A DNA stretch of 63,973 nt, filler included, from Reclinomonas americana ATCC 50394 (lineage: Eukaryota), in the NCBI GenBank assembly GCA_048213135.1. It is 21 parts of 21 records of this genome, joined end to end, with 100 filler letters (N's around TTAATTAATTAA, not from the genome) between each part and the next. Parts side by side here need not be neighbours in the genome. Positions count along the whole stretch, not along the records: positions 7,687 to 11,916 come from AFZH01019629.1; positions 12,017 to 16,124 come from AFZH01019631.1; positions 16,225 to 17,467 come from AFZH01019632.1; positions 17,568 to 20,613 come from AFZH01019634.1; 17 more parts are not named here. One strand, written 5' to 3'. A program made the position numbers and the translations under genes. A model generated the notes under the pieces. The model had not been told where the DNA came from. It did not search any database and saw only the letters and a list, made by a program, of their open reading frames with translations. Of this stretch, positions 9,653-18,941 are shown in pieces. How positions within the stretch are numbered: the first letter of the stretch is position 1; every line of letters starts with the position of its first letter.

Positions 9653-10588
9653 ATGCAACGCCTCGTTCTCGCCCGGCTGCTTCAGGCCGGGCTGGTCGTG
9701 CTCGTCGTCGGCATCCTCTGCTTCGTGCTTGTGCGCGCCCTGCCGGGCGACCCGGCGATGCGGATCGCAGCCGGCCGCTACGGCCCCGACGCCAACATCA
9801 CGGAGGCAGCCGAACAGGTTCGTCGCGAGCTCGGGCTCGATCAGCCGCTCCTCGTCCAGCTCGGCACTTCGCTCGGGCAGTTGGCGCGGCTCGATCTCGG
9901 CCATTCCGTCGTGACAGGCCTGCCGATCACCAAGGAGCTTCGGATTCAGCTCGGCGCGACGCTCTGGCTTTCGGGATCGGCACTCGTGCTTTCGCTGCTG
10001 CTCGGTCCACCGATCGGGCTGCTCGCGGGGCTGAGGCGCGGCGGCTGGGTCGACAACGCCTCGCTCGGCGGCGCAATCGTGCTGCGCTCGCTGCCGCCCT
10101 TCGTCCTCGGCCTGCTGCTGATCCTGATCTTCGCGATGTTGCTCGGGCTGTTTCCCCCGGCAGGCTATGGCACCTGGCGCGATCTCGCACTGCCGGCGCT
10201 GACATTGGCGCTCGGACTCGCAGCGGTCTCCAGCAGGGTAGCGCGTGATGCCGTCGCGGCGGTGGTGCGCACGCCCTATCTCGCCTTCGCGCGGCTGAAG
10301 GGCTTGCCCGAACCGGTGGTCGTGCGCCGGCATGTGCTGCGCAATGCCGCCATTCCCGTCGTCTCCTATCTCGCCTTGCAGGCGATCTACCTGATCGAAG
10401 GTGTCGTCGTCGTCGAGACGCTGTTCGGCATCCCCGGCATCGGCCACGCCCTGGTTCATGCCGTGATCGCCCGCGACGTGCCGATGGTGCAGGGCACGGC
10501 GCTCGCCATGGGATTGCTCTTCGTCGTCATCGCGGCGGCAGTCGATCTCACCTGCCACTGGCTCGATCCAAGGCCGAAACGCATATGA
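9653..10588 (+). CDS. DppB/NikB-like ABC permease
   Basis: LPGDPA, GLDQPL, ARLKGL, RHVLRNA, ETLFGIPGIG, RDVPMVQG. Confidence 0.9.
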   Translation: MQRLVLARLLQAGLVVLVVGILCFVLVRALPGDPAMRIAAGRYGPDANITEAAEQVRRELGLDQPLLVQLGTSLGQLARLDLGHSVVTGLPITKELRIQLGATLWLSGSALVLSLLLGPPIGLLAGLRRGGWVDNASLGGAIVLRSLPPFVLGLLLILIFAMLLGLFPPAGYGTWRDLALPALTLALGLAAVSSRVARDAVAAVVRTPYLAFARLKGLPEPVVVRRHVLRNAAIPVVSYLALQAIYLIEGVVVVETLFGIPGIGHALVHAVIARDVPMVQGTALAMGLLFVVIAAAVDLTCHWLDPRPKRI

Positions 10589-11412
10589 GCATCGCCGACG
10601 CCACTCTCGTTCCCATTGCGCGCCATTCCTGGCTGACGCCTTCGCGCGCGGCAGGACTCGCATTGCTCGGCCTGTTGGCGCTGTTCGCGCTACTCGGTCC
10701 ATTGCTGGTCTCGGTCGATCCCACCGAGCAGGATTTCGCGGCAAGCCTCACGCCGCCCGGCTCCGACTATTTGCTCGGCGCCGACCACTATGGCCGCAGC
10801 ATGCTCGCCCGCCTCGCCTATGGCGCGCAGCTGTCCTTCGGCATGGCGCTGCTGACGGTCGCGACGGCGGCCTTGCCAGGCATCTTGCTCGGTCTGCTGG
10901 CGGCCTGGCGCGGGGGCCTGCTCGAACGGGCGCTGGAACTGGTCTCGGCCGTTCTGCTCGCCTTGCCGGGACTGCTCCTGGTACTGATCCTGCTCGCCTT
11001 CGCGCCGGGCACCTTCGGGCCGCTCTATCTCGGTCTCGCGCTCACGCTCTGGATCGAGTTCTACCGTGTGACGCGGGTGACGGCGGCCGGCGTGCTGAAG
11101 CAGCCCCATGTCGAGGCGACGCGGCTGCTTGGCTTTAAGACTGGGTATATCCTGCGCAACCTTGTCCTGCCCGAAATCCGGCCGATCCTGATCACGCTCG
11201 CCGCCTTCGCGATGTCGACCGCGATCATCGCGATCTCGACCCTGAGCGCAATCAGCGTGGGCCTGCGCCCGCCGACGCCGGAGCTCGGCGCGATGATCGT
11301 GGAGCTGCTGCCCTACTATGCCGAGGCGCCGCTGCATGTGCTGATGCCCGGCATTCTCATCTTCCTGCTCGTGCTCGGGCTCCAGCTTGCGACACGGAGC
11401 GATCTGCGATGA
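10585..11412 (+). CDS. DppC/NikC-like ABC permease
   Basis: LGADHYGRSMLARL, HVEATRLLG, PPTPELG. Confidence 0.9.
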   Translation: MSIADATLVPIARHSWLTPSRAAGLALLGLLALFALLGPLLVSVDPTEQDFAASLTPPGSDYLLGADHYGRSMLARLAYGAQLSFGMALLTVATAALPGILLGLLAAWRGGLLERALELVSAVLLALPGLLLVLILLAFAPGTFGPLYLGLALTLWIEFYRVTRVTAAGVLKQPHVEATRLLGFKTGYILRNLVLPEIRPILITLAAFAMSTAIIAISTLSAISVGLRPPTPELGAMIVELLPYYAEAPLHVLMPGILIFLLVLGLQLATRSDLR

Positions 11413-11916
11413 ACGCGCCGGTCCGCTTCCAGTCCCTGACGGTCTCCGGCCTCGGGATCAGCAGCGGCGACACCACCATCGTCCGGGACGTCGCCTTCAC
11501 GCTGGCGCAAGGCCGGCCCGTCACCCTGCTCGGCGCCAGCGGCTCCGGAAAGTCCCTCGTCGCTCATGCCATCATGGGCAGCCTGCCGGCCGGACTTGTC
11601 GCGCACGGCGCCATCAAGCTGGACGACGAAGACCTTCTTGCCACGAGCTTCGAGCGGACGCGCGCGCGCTGGGGCCGGACGATCGCCATCCTACCGCAAG
11701 AGCCCTGGCTCGCGCTGGATCCGACCATGCGTATTGCCGGGCAGGTTGGCGAGGTCCACCGCTACCTGCATGGCCGGGGATCGGCAGAGGCTCAGACGTG
11801 CATGCGTGCCGACCTGACCGAGGTCGGGCTGGGCAACCGGACGCAAGCCTATCCACACGAGCTCTCAGGCGGCATGTGCCAGCGCGCGGCCATCGCGGTC
11901 ACGCATGCGGCAGGCG
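11409..11916 (+). CDS. ABC ATPase (DppD-like), truncated
   Basis: Walker A GASGSGKS; YPHELSGGMCQR. Confidence 0.9.
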
Positions 11917-12017
11917 NNNNNNNNNNNNNNNNNNNNNNNNNNNNNNNNNNNNNNNNNNNNTTAATTAATTAANNNNNNNNNNNNNNNNNNNNNNNNNNNN
12001 NNNNNNNNNNNNNNNNC

Positions 12018-13010
12018 GAATTCGACACCGCCAGCCTGTCCCTGCCGATCGTCGAACCGTCGGCCACCATCCGCCGCAGCTTCGAGAGCGCGCAGGACGA
12101 GGCGCGCTGGCGCAGCGCGACCGCGGACGGCTCGCGCGAGGCTCTCGAACGCTATGTCGCGCAATGCACCGGGCCCTGTGCCTATCGGCAGCAGGCGATG
12201 GACAGGCTGCTGCAGCGCCAACGCAGTGCCGATTCGGCTAAGGACGACGAGAGCTGGCGGCAATCGAGCGCCGAGGGCAGGTACCAGGCCTATCTCGACG
12301 CCTGCAACCGGGTCTGCGCCTATCGCCAGCTGGCGCTCGGCTATCTCGGCAAGGATTCGATCGCGGCGACCAGGCCGGAGGACACACAAGCGAAGCCGCA
12401 AGTACTCGCATCAGCAGCGCAGCCGACCGTGACCGGCAATCCGGCCCTCGCCCTCGCCGACGCGAAGGCGGCGGGGACGGTCGAAGCACTGGACCGCTTC
12501 CTCAAGGCCTATCCCGAAGGCAAGCTGGCGACGGAAGCTTTTGCCGCACGGGCAGCGCTGGTTCAATCTGCCAGGCGAGCTGGCGCTGGTCATGCGCCGG
12601 CCGCGGCCGCCAATGCGCGCTACGCTCCCGATCAGACGCAAATCGACGCCGTGGCTCCCGCAGACTCCAAGCGAGCGCCCGATATGCGCTTCGACGCCTG
12701 CACGTCTCAGGGCATCGTCGTGAAGCTCGGGCCACGTCGTCCGGAAGACCCGAAGAGCGGGTTCCTGTCCGTGCGATCCGGGCCAGGCGGCAGCGGCTAC
12801 TTCGAGACCGACCGAGTCTACAACGGCGACGCACTGATCATCTGCGACAGTATCGGACCGTGGCACGCGGTCATTTACCCGAATCGTGGCCAGTCGCTTC
12901 AGGAGTGCCGAGCGAACATGAATGTGAAATCAGCAGGCCGCGCGACTTACTCGGGCCCGTGCCGCTCCGGTTGGGTTCACAAAAATTATATCGAGATAAC
13001 CACGAGATAA
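12018..13010 (+). CDS. Hypothetical protein (5'-truncated) with short helical repeats and a C-terminal SH3b-like domain
   Basis: Frame open from contig start; repeats DEARWR...RYVAQCTGPCAYRQQA and DDESWR...AYLDACNRVCAYRQLA; C-terminal GFLSVRSGPG...GPW...GWVHKNYI. Confidence 0.6.
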   Translation, partial: EFDTASLSLPIVEPSATIRRSFESAQDEARWRSATADGSREALERYVAQCTGPCAYRQQAMDRLLQRQRSADSAKDDESWRQSSAEGRYQAYLDACNRVCAYRQLALGYLGKDSIAATRPEDTQAKPQVLASAAQPTVTGNPALALADAKAAGTVEALDRFLKAYPEGKLATEAFAARAALVQSARRAGAGHAPAAAANARYAPDQTQIDAVAPADSKRAPDMRFDACTSQGIVVKLGPRRPEDPKSGFLSVRSGPGGSGYFETDRVYNGDALIICDSIGPWHAVIYPNRGQSLQECRANMNVKSAGRATYSGPCRSGWVHKNYIEITTR

Positions 13011-13108
13011 GCGTGCATCTGCGCGGCGGCGCTCCTGGTCGCAGTGTCGGACCCGGTGGCGTGAGCGGTCATTTTGTCCAATCGGAGCAGACGATTAAAT
13101 GACAACAA

Positions 13109-13185
13109 TGGCGAGCCCGACAGGATTCGAACCTGTGACCAGCAGCTTAGAAGGCTGCTGCTCTATCCAGCTGAGCTACGGGCCC
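13109..13185 (-). tRNA. tRNA-Arg(TCT)
   Basis: GGGCCCGTAGCTCAGCTGGATAGAGCAGCAGCCT-TCT-AAGCTGCTGGTCACAGGTTCGAATCCTGTCGGGCTCGCCA, 77 nt with encoded CCA. Confidence 0.97.
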
Positions 13186-13227
13186 TGAAGGAAGCGGCAG
13201 ACTTGATGTCCGCCGCTCACTTGAACT

Positions 13228-13533
13228 TCAATGCGTCCACTGGCCGACGCGGTTGAACTTGAAATTGTCGGCATAGGCCATGCTGCGGCGCTTGGCCTGA
13301 TGGGGTTGCTCCAGGCGATAGGCGATGCCGTTGCGCGTCGCATAGGCGACGGCCTCCTCGGCCGTGTCGAACCAGAGCCGGAGCTGGCTCTTCATGTCGC
13401 CCGACGAGGTCCAGCCCATCAGCGGCTCGATCTCGCGCGGCCGCTCGGGCTCGTATTCCAGCAGCCAGCGGCCGGTCTTGGCCGTGCCGGACTGCATCGC
13501 GTTACGGGCCGGCGAATAGATGCGTGCCGTCAT
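13228..13533 (-). CDS. ETC complex I subunit (NDUFS4-like)
   Basis: MTARIYSPARNAMQSG...W...EPLMGWTSSGD..Q..L.F...EEAVAYA...YADNF. Confidence 0.92.
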   Translation of the reverse strand: MTARIYSPARNAMQSGTAKTGRWLLEYEPERPREIEPLMGWTSSGDMKSQLRLWFDTAEEAVAYATRNGIAYRLEQPHQAKRRSMAYADNFKFNRVGQWTH

Positions 13534-13564
13534 GCTCCCCCTCGCCTTCCGGCAAAGCCCAAAA

Positions 13565-13607
13565 TGGTCGGGGCACCAGGATTCGAACCTGGGACCCTCT
13601 GCTCCCA
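13565..13607 (-). mobile_element. 3' half of tRNA-Pro(TGG), putative att site of an integrated island
   Basis: TGGGAGCAGAGGGTCCCAGGTTCGAATCCTGGTGCCCCGACCA; similarity stops at the anticodon and no D-arm or 5' acceptor strand lies upstream. Confidence 0.8.
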
Positions 13608-14355
13608 TTGTTTCCCCGGCGAGGTATAACACCTACCCCCGGGTCCGTCTTCAGCGGCCGTAGTGCCCAGCCGGACCAACCAAGTCAACTGAATTTGACG
13701 GAGCCCAGCCTCCTCACCACGCACGCTCGCATTATCCGAGAAGATGCCCATTGTTGGGCTCGGCAGCCATGCATGACCGTTAACGGGCGAACGGCCTTGC
13801 ACGAGCGCGGGCGGCAGAGCTGGCAAGGGCCGCGCAGCCGCCCGCACGATCGTGGTCGAGATACACATCCACGCTGCGACCACAGCGCACGCCCTCGTGA
13901 TCGCCGCGGAAGGCTCTCGGGGCGTCGCCGGCGACGCTCTGCGGATCGAGAGTGACCCTGCCATGTCCGCAACGTAGCGGTCGCATGACCTGGAGACGCT
14001 GGCTCACAGGATCGTCCCGCTTCATGACGCCGCTGGCGATTATCCCGTCGCGATTCCGCACCGTTCTTCCGTTCGCGTGGTGATCAAGGAGGATGGAGTA
14101 TCTCAAATACTCCTCGATGGTTCGTGGCTCCTCGCAACCTTCTAAAGAGCAAATCCTGGTAGCGCGGATACGCTCAGGCGTTCGGATTATTTTATGATTT
14201 TGTGCGTCAGGCCAAGATTTTTATCAGGCCGAGGCACAATTTTTGAACATCATGAAATGCTTGGCAGATGAAGTCTTTTTGTCTTGGACCCGAGCCGTGT
14301 TGCGCGCTCTAATCCTGCGAGGGACGCGTCTGCCAGCACCACCGGAGAACTCGCG

Positions 14356-14562
14356 ATGCCGCTCATTCGCATCGAGCCTATCGAGGATCAGGTTACTGGC
14401 CGCTTCGCGATCGAGATCTATTACCCGGCCGACGCAGAGCGCCCGCTCGTCACCACGGCTCCCCGCTACAAGAGCGCAGCGGCAGCCGAGCAGGACACGA
14501 TCGCGATCCTCGCCTCGAACGCCAACAATCCCGCTCCGGAGGAACCGGCCGACCGGCGGTAA
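14356..14562 (+). CDS. Small hypothetical protein (68 aa)
   Basis: GGAG RBS, host-like codon use, MPLIRIEPIEDQVTGRFAIEIYYP... Confidence 0.65.
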   Translation: MPLIRIEPIEDQVTGRFAIEIYYPADAERPLVTTAPRYKSAAAAEQDTIAILASNANNPAPEEPADRR

Positions 14563-14580
14563 CGGACCTGTCACGCCGGC

Positions 14581-15780
14581 TCAGCCCGGCGCGAGCTGGT
14601 GCTGGAGCGCGATCTCGCGGCCGGTTCGCGCCGATTCCAGCATCGCGAGGCAGACCTCAAGGGTCGCCATGCCCCATGCGCCGGAGTGTAATGGTGCAAT
14701 GCCGGATCGGATGGCGGCATAGAGCTCGTCGACGACCTCGGCACGCGGCACGGTCGGCGCCGGCAGCGCCTCCAGCCAGCGGCGGTCGTCGGCATAGACC
14801 ATCACGCCGCTGGCGAGCGGACGAAGGTCGGCCTGCTCGCAGCAGACCGTGATCGGGCCGAAATGATTGTGCCCGAGAGCGGCCGACAGCGGCGCCACGG
14901 AGTTCTTGGCCACGCCATAGGTACGGGTGTTCTTGAGCGCGGCCTCCTCCTCCGGCGTCGAGACCCCGACCAATCCGCGACGCGCCATGCCATAACTCTC
15001 GGGATCGCGCCGCTGGCCCATCTCGCCGATCCAGCCGAGTTGCTCGTCGCTGTCATAGCGACCATAGCCGCTATAGGTCAGCGTCGCGCTGGCTCCGTCC
15101 GCGAAAACCAGGAGCGCCTGGTAGGCGCCTTCCGTAGGGCGCGCCGGATCGAACCGGCCTGTGGTGGCCCGCACCGTCGAGACCAGCCCGCCGCCCAGCA
15201 GCCGGGCGATATCGACCTGATGGGCACCCTGGCTGAACACGACGCCGCCGCCCTGCGCGGTGTCGAGCTCTTCCGGCCGGCGCGGCCGGTAGAGGAAATC
15301 GGTGTGGTTCGAGGCCGTGATCATCCGGGCCCGGCCGAAGCGACCCGAGCGGATCAGCTCCGACGCCTTGAGATATGGCGCATTGTAGGAATGGCTGTGC
15401 CCAACGAGGAGATGCACTCCGGCGGCATGGGCCGCTTCGATCATCGCCTGGCAGTCGGCGATGGTCAGCGCCATCGGCTTCTCGACGAGGACATGCTTGC
15501 CATGGGTCGCAGCGAGGCGGACATGGGCGACATGGAACTGGTGCGGGGAAGCGATGTAGAGCGCCTCGACCCCGTCGTCGGCGCAGAGTTCCTCGACGTT
15601 GTCATAGCTGCGCGCCGGCGCATCCGCCCGGGAGAAGTCGCTCTCGAACTGCCAGCGCGCCTCCTCGCGCGGATCGGCGGCGGCGACGAGCCGCACGAGG
15701 GGGTGATGCGCCAGGGTTGGCAGCATCAACATGAAGGCGCGTCCCAATCCGACGATACCAAGACGTAGCGGCTCACTCAT
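14581..15780 (-). CDS. Gfo/Idh/MocA oxidoreductase, probable phthalate 4,5-cis-dihydrodiol dehydrogenase (OphB/Pht4-like)
   Basis: GIVGLGRAF, ASPHQFH, VEKPMA, DFLYRPRRPEELDT..GGGVVFSQGAHQVD; next to a PDR-type reductase. Confidence 0.8.
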   Translation of the reverse strand: MSEPLRLGIVGLGRAFMLMLPTLAHHPLVRLVAAADPREEARWQFESDFSRADAPARSYDNVEELCADDGVEALYIASPHQFHVAHVRLAATHGKHVLVEKPMALTIADCQAMIEAAHAAGVHLLVGHSHSYNAPYLKASELIRSGRFGRARMITASNHTDFLYRPRRPEELDTAQGGGVVFSQGAHQVDIARLLGGGLVSTVRATTGRFDPARPTEGAYQALLVFADGASATLTYSGYGRYDSDEQLGWIGEMGQRRDPESYGMARRGLVGVSTPEEEAALKNTRTYGVAKNSVAPLSAALGHNHFGPITVCCEQADLRPLASGVMVYADDRRWLEALPAPTVPRAEVVDELYAAIRSGIAPLHSGAWGMATLEVCLAMLESARTGREIALQHQLAPG

Positions 15781-15790
15781 CGCAGGGATC

Positions 15791-16124
15791 CTAAAGGTCG
15801 AGCACGAGTTCGGCGGACTTCGCCCGCGACACGCAGATCATGATGTTGCGGGCACGCTCATGCTCGGCCAGCGCCAGATCGCGATGGTCGGGCTCTCCCG
15901 AGACGAGCCGAGTCCGGCAGGTTCCGCAGGTGCCGCTTTCGCAGGATGAAGGCAGCACCTTGCCGGCCTCACGCAGCCGCTCCAGGATCGACTTGTCGGC
16001 CGGCACTTTGAAGCGCTCGCCGCTTTTCGCCAGCACGACCGTGAACGGCGCATTGTCTTCCGGCCGAGCCCTGGTCGCGCCGAAATCCTCGAAATGCACG
16101 GCGGCCGAGGACCAGTGCCCGGTC
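15791..16124 (-). CDS. PDR/VanB-type oxygenase reductase, C-terminal [2Fe-2S] domain (5'-truncated)
   Basis: HFEDF, SSCESGTCGTC, DHRD, IMICVSRA. Confidence 0.88.
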
Positions 16125-16287
16125 NNNNNNNNNNNNNNNNNNNNNNNNNNNNNNNNNNNNNNNNNNNNTTAATTAATTAANNNNNNNNNNNNNNNNNNNN
16201 NNNNNNNNNNNNNNNNNNNNNNNNGACGGACGCTCGCGCGCGACTCGGCCGAGTCCGAGGCGGCGCCGCCGCAGGAAGGCTTGAGCC

Positions 16288-17043
16288 ATGCGGCTCGCTG
16301 CGATTCCTCCGCTTGCGATCGGCCTTGCCACGGTCGGCCTCGCCCTGGGAGTGGTCGAGACCCTGCTGCTGCTCGGCCTCCTCAACCAATTCGTCATCCC
16401 ATTGCCCTCGGCGGTGCTCGGCAGCTTCGGCCGGCTGTTCGCCGAGGAACAGTTGCTGGAACGGCTGATGATGACAGGCAGCGAGGCGCTGGCCGCAAGC
16501 GTCCTCGTCTCGGTCGCCGGCATCTCGCTCGGGGTGCTGCTCTACAAGGTCCGGATCCTGGCACTCGCGACCGAACCCTGGGTGGCGGCTGTGGCCGCCG
16601 CCCCAGTGGTGCTGGCCTACCCGCTTTTCCTCGTCATCTTCGGGCGCAGCGCCGCCACGATCATCGCGATGGGCTTCGTGGCCGGGCTCGCTCCGGTCAT
16701 ACTCAAGACGCTGGAAGGGCTGAAGGGCGTCAGGAAGAGCCTGATCAATGTCGGGCTGAGCTACAATCTCACGCCCGCGCAGCAATTCTGGAAGATCGAA
16801 TTCCCGGCGGCCATCCCGACCATTTTCGTCGGCGTTCGCCTCGGGCTCGTCTTCGCGCTGATCAATCTGATCGGCGTCGAGTTCCTGATCAATTTCGGCG
16901 GGCTCGGCCAGTTGATCAACGATCTCGCGGAGCGCTACGACCTCGCCGGCGTCTTCGCGACAATCGTCTTCGTCATCCTCGTCAGCGTCGTCATTTTCGC
17001 GGTGCTAGAACGTATGGAGCGCTGGCTCCGGCCCGGGCGCTAG
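16288..17043 (+). CDS. NitT/TauC-family ABC permease
   Basis: IPLPSAV, KIEFPAAIPTIFVGVRLG, GVEF...GGLG. Confidence 0.85.
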   Translation: MRLAAIPPLAIGLATVGLALGVVETLLLLGLLNQFVIPLPSAVLGSFGRLFAEEQLLERLMMTGSEALAASVLVSVAGISLGVLLYKVRILALATEPWVAAVAAAPVVLAYPLFLVIFGRSAATIIAMGFVAGLAPVILKTLEGLKGVRKSLINVGLSYNLTPAQQFWKIEFPAAIPTIFVGVRLGLVFALINLIGVEFLINFGGLGQLINDLAERYDLAGVFATIVFVILVSVVIFAVLERMERWLRPGR

Positions 17044-17119
17044 CGGGAAGCCGCGCCTTGTCGTGGCTGCCGGCGCACCCCATCATGACCTTCCAAGAAG
17101 ACAAGCCCGGGAGGCCGCG

Positions 17120-17467
17120 ATCAATCTCCGTCAGCTTCGCTATTTCGTCGGAATCGCCGAGGTCGGGAACATCACCAAGGCGGCGGAGCAGCTCAACGTC
17201 GCGCAACCTGCCCTGGGCTTGCAGATCCGGCAGCTCGAGCAGACCCTCCAGACGGAACTTCTGCTGCGCCATTCGCGCGGCGTCGTGCTGACGCAGGCGG
17301 GCGAGCTGCTGCTGGAGCGTGCAAGGCGCATTCTGCAGGAGGTCGAGGACGCCAGGCGCGATGTTCGGGCACTGGCCGGGAACGATCAGGAAATGCTGAC
17401 GATCGGGCTGACGCCGAGCATCATGCTCCAGATCGGCCCCGATCTGCTGATCGACGCCAAGAATGGC
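17120..17467 (+). CDS. LysR-family regulator (Nac/TcuR-like), truncated, apparent ATC start
   Basis: (I/M)NLRQLRYFVGIAEVGNITKAAEQLNVAQPALGLQIRQLE; GGAGG lies 5 nt upstream of the ATC. Confidence 0.85.
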
Positions 17468-17567
17468 NNNNNNNNNNNNNNNNNNNNNNNNNNNNNNNNN
17501 NNNNNNNNNNNTTAATTAATTAANNNNNNNNNNNNNNNNNNNNNNNNNNNNNNNNNNNNNNNNNNNN

Positions 17568-17836
17568 TGCGTGAAGGCCTCGAGCAGTCCAAGGCGGCCG
17601 CTCTCGCCAAGCTCTCGGACACATCCGCCACCAAGATCACGCTGCCCTTCGTGGAGGAGCAATTGCAGGCGGCGCGCACCCTGATGGGCCAGGATTTCTG
17701 GTCCTATGGTGTCGGCCCCAATCGCCATGCGCTGGAGACGTTCCTCCAGGCCCATCATAGCCAGGGCCTGTCCTCACGGCGGCTTGCGGTCGAGGAGCTC
17801 TTCCATTCCAGCACGCTGGAGGCCTTCAAGATCTAA
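17568..17836 (+). CDS. 4,5-dihydroxyphthalate decarboxylase-like, C-terminal part (OphC/Pht5)
   Basis: KITLPFVEEQL..AR.LMGQDFWSYG..PNRHALETFL..HHSQGLS.RRL.VEELF. Confidence 0.8.
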
Positions 17837-17933
17837 GGAAGCCGTACAATCTCGAGAGTTTCCACTTCGCCACAGAAGCGAAGGCAAGACGACACAGGCC
17901 AGCCACACCGAGCTGGCGCCAGGGGAGGACAGG

Positions 17934-18899
17934 ATGACGACGTTCAAGACGGTCATGTCGACGCTTGCGGCACTCGGCTTCGCGCTCTCGATCGCGCAGG
18001 ACGCCACGGCCCAGGACAAGCTCAAGCTGGCCATCGGCCAGCGCGGCAACTGGGATACCTCGGTGTCCGAGATCGGCACGAGGCTTGGCATCTTCAAGAA
18101 GCACAATCTCGAGCTCGAGATGCTCTACACTCAGGGCGGCGGCGAGACCCAGCAGGCCGTGCTCTCCAACAGTGTCGACATCGGCGTCGCCGGCGGCATC
18201 ATGGGTGCGCTCTCGGCCTATTCGAAGGGCGCGCCGATCCGCATCATCGGCGCCGAGACCACCGGGGCGAAGGACCTCTACTGGTACGTCAAAAGCGATT
18301 CTCCGGTGAAGGCGCTCAAGGACCTGCAGAACCACACGGTCTCGTTCTCGACCAATGGCTCGTCGACCCATGGCGTCGTCAACGCCTTCATCAAGGAGAA
18401 CAGCCTCAAGATCCGGCCGACCGCCACCGGCGGCCCAGCGCCGACGCTGACCCAGGTGATGTCCGGCCAGATCGATGTCGGCTGGGCCGCGCCGCCCTTT
18501 GGCCTGCCTCAGCTCGACAAGGGCGAAATCCGCGTGGTCGCGACCGGCAACGACACCCAGACCTTCAAAGGCCAGACGGTCCGTCTGCTGATCACCAACA
18601 CCAGCGTGCTCCAGAACAAGAAGGCGGTCATCGATCGCTACATGGCCGCCTATCGCGAGACTGTCGACGCGATGTATGCCAGCGATGCGGCGATCAAGGC
18701 CTATGCCGATTTCGTCGGGATTCCGGAGGCCATCGCCAAGCGCACGCGGGACGATTTCTTCCCGAAGGAGGCGCTCGATCCCGACAAGATCGTGGGCCTC
18801 GACGCCATCGTTCCCGATGCGGTGGCGCTGAAATACACCGCCCAGCCATTGACCAAGGATCAGCTCGCCGAGCTGATTCAGATTCCGCCGCGCAAGTGA
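17934..18899 (+). CDS. NMT1/TauA-family ABC substrate-binding protein
   Basis: Signal peptide, IGQRGNWDT, GIFKKHNLELE, GGGETQQAV, GSST; GGAGG RBS. Confidence 0.88.
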   Translation: MTTFKTVMSTLAALGFALSIAQDATAQDKLKLAIGQRGNWDTSVSEIGTRLGIFKKHNLELEMLYTQGGGETQQAVLSNSVDIGVAGGIMGALSAYSKGAPIRIIGAETTGAKDLYWYVKSDSPVKALKDLQNHTVSFSTNGSSTHGVVNAFIKENSLKIRPTATGGPAPTLTQVMSGQIDVGWAAPPFGLPQLDKGEIRVVATGNDTQTFKGQTVRLLITNTSVLQNKKAVIDRYMAAYRETVDAMYASDAAIKAYADFVGIPEAIAKRTRDDFFPKEALDPDKIVGLDAIVPDAVALKYTAQPLTKDQLAELIQIPPRK

Positions 18900-18941
18900 G
18901 CCTGCACATCGACAGCCTCGTCCAGCTGGAGTGACGACGCG

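Noticed and set aside
13780..14106. 108-aa ORF at the island edge
   Set aside because: Has a GAGGAG-TTG start but Arg/Ala-rich shadow-like composition and no integrase or other motif.
13565..14220. Group I intron-split or permuted tRNA-Pro
   Set aside because: No 5' tRNA half on the same strand upstream, and the base before the fragment is not the terminal G of a group I intron; CCTGGTAGCGC at ~14155 is on the wrong strand.
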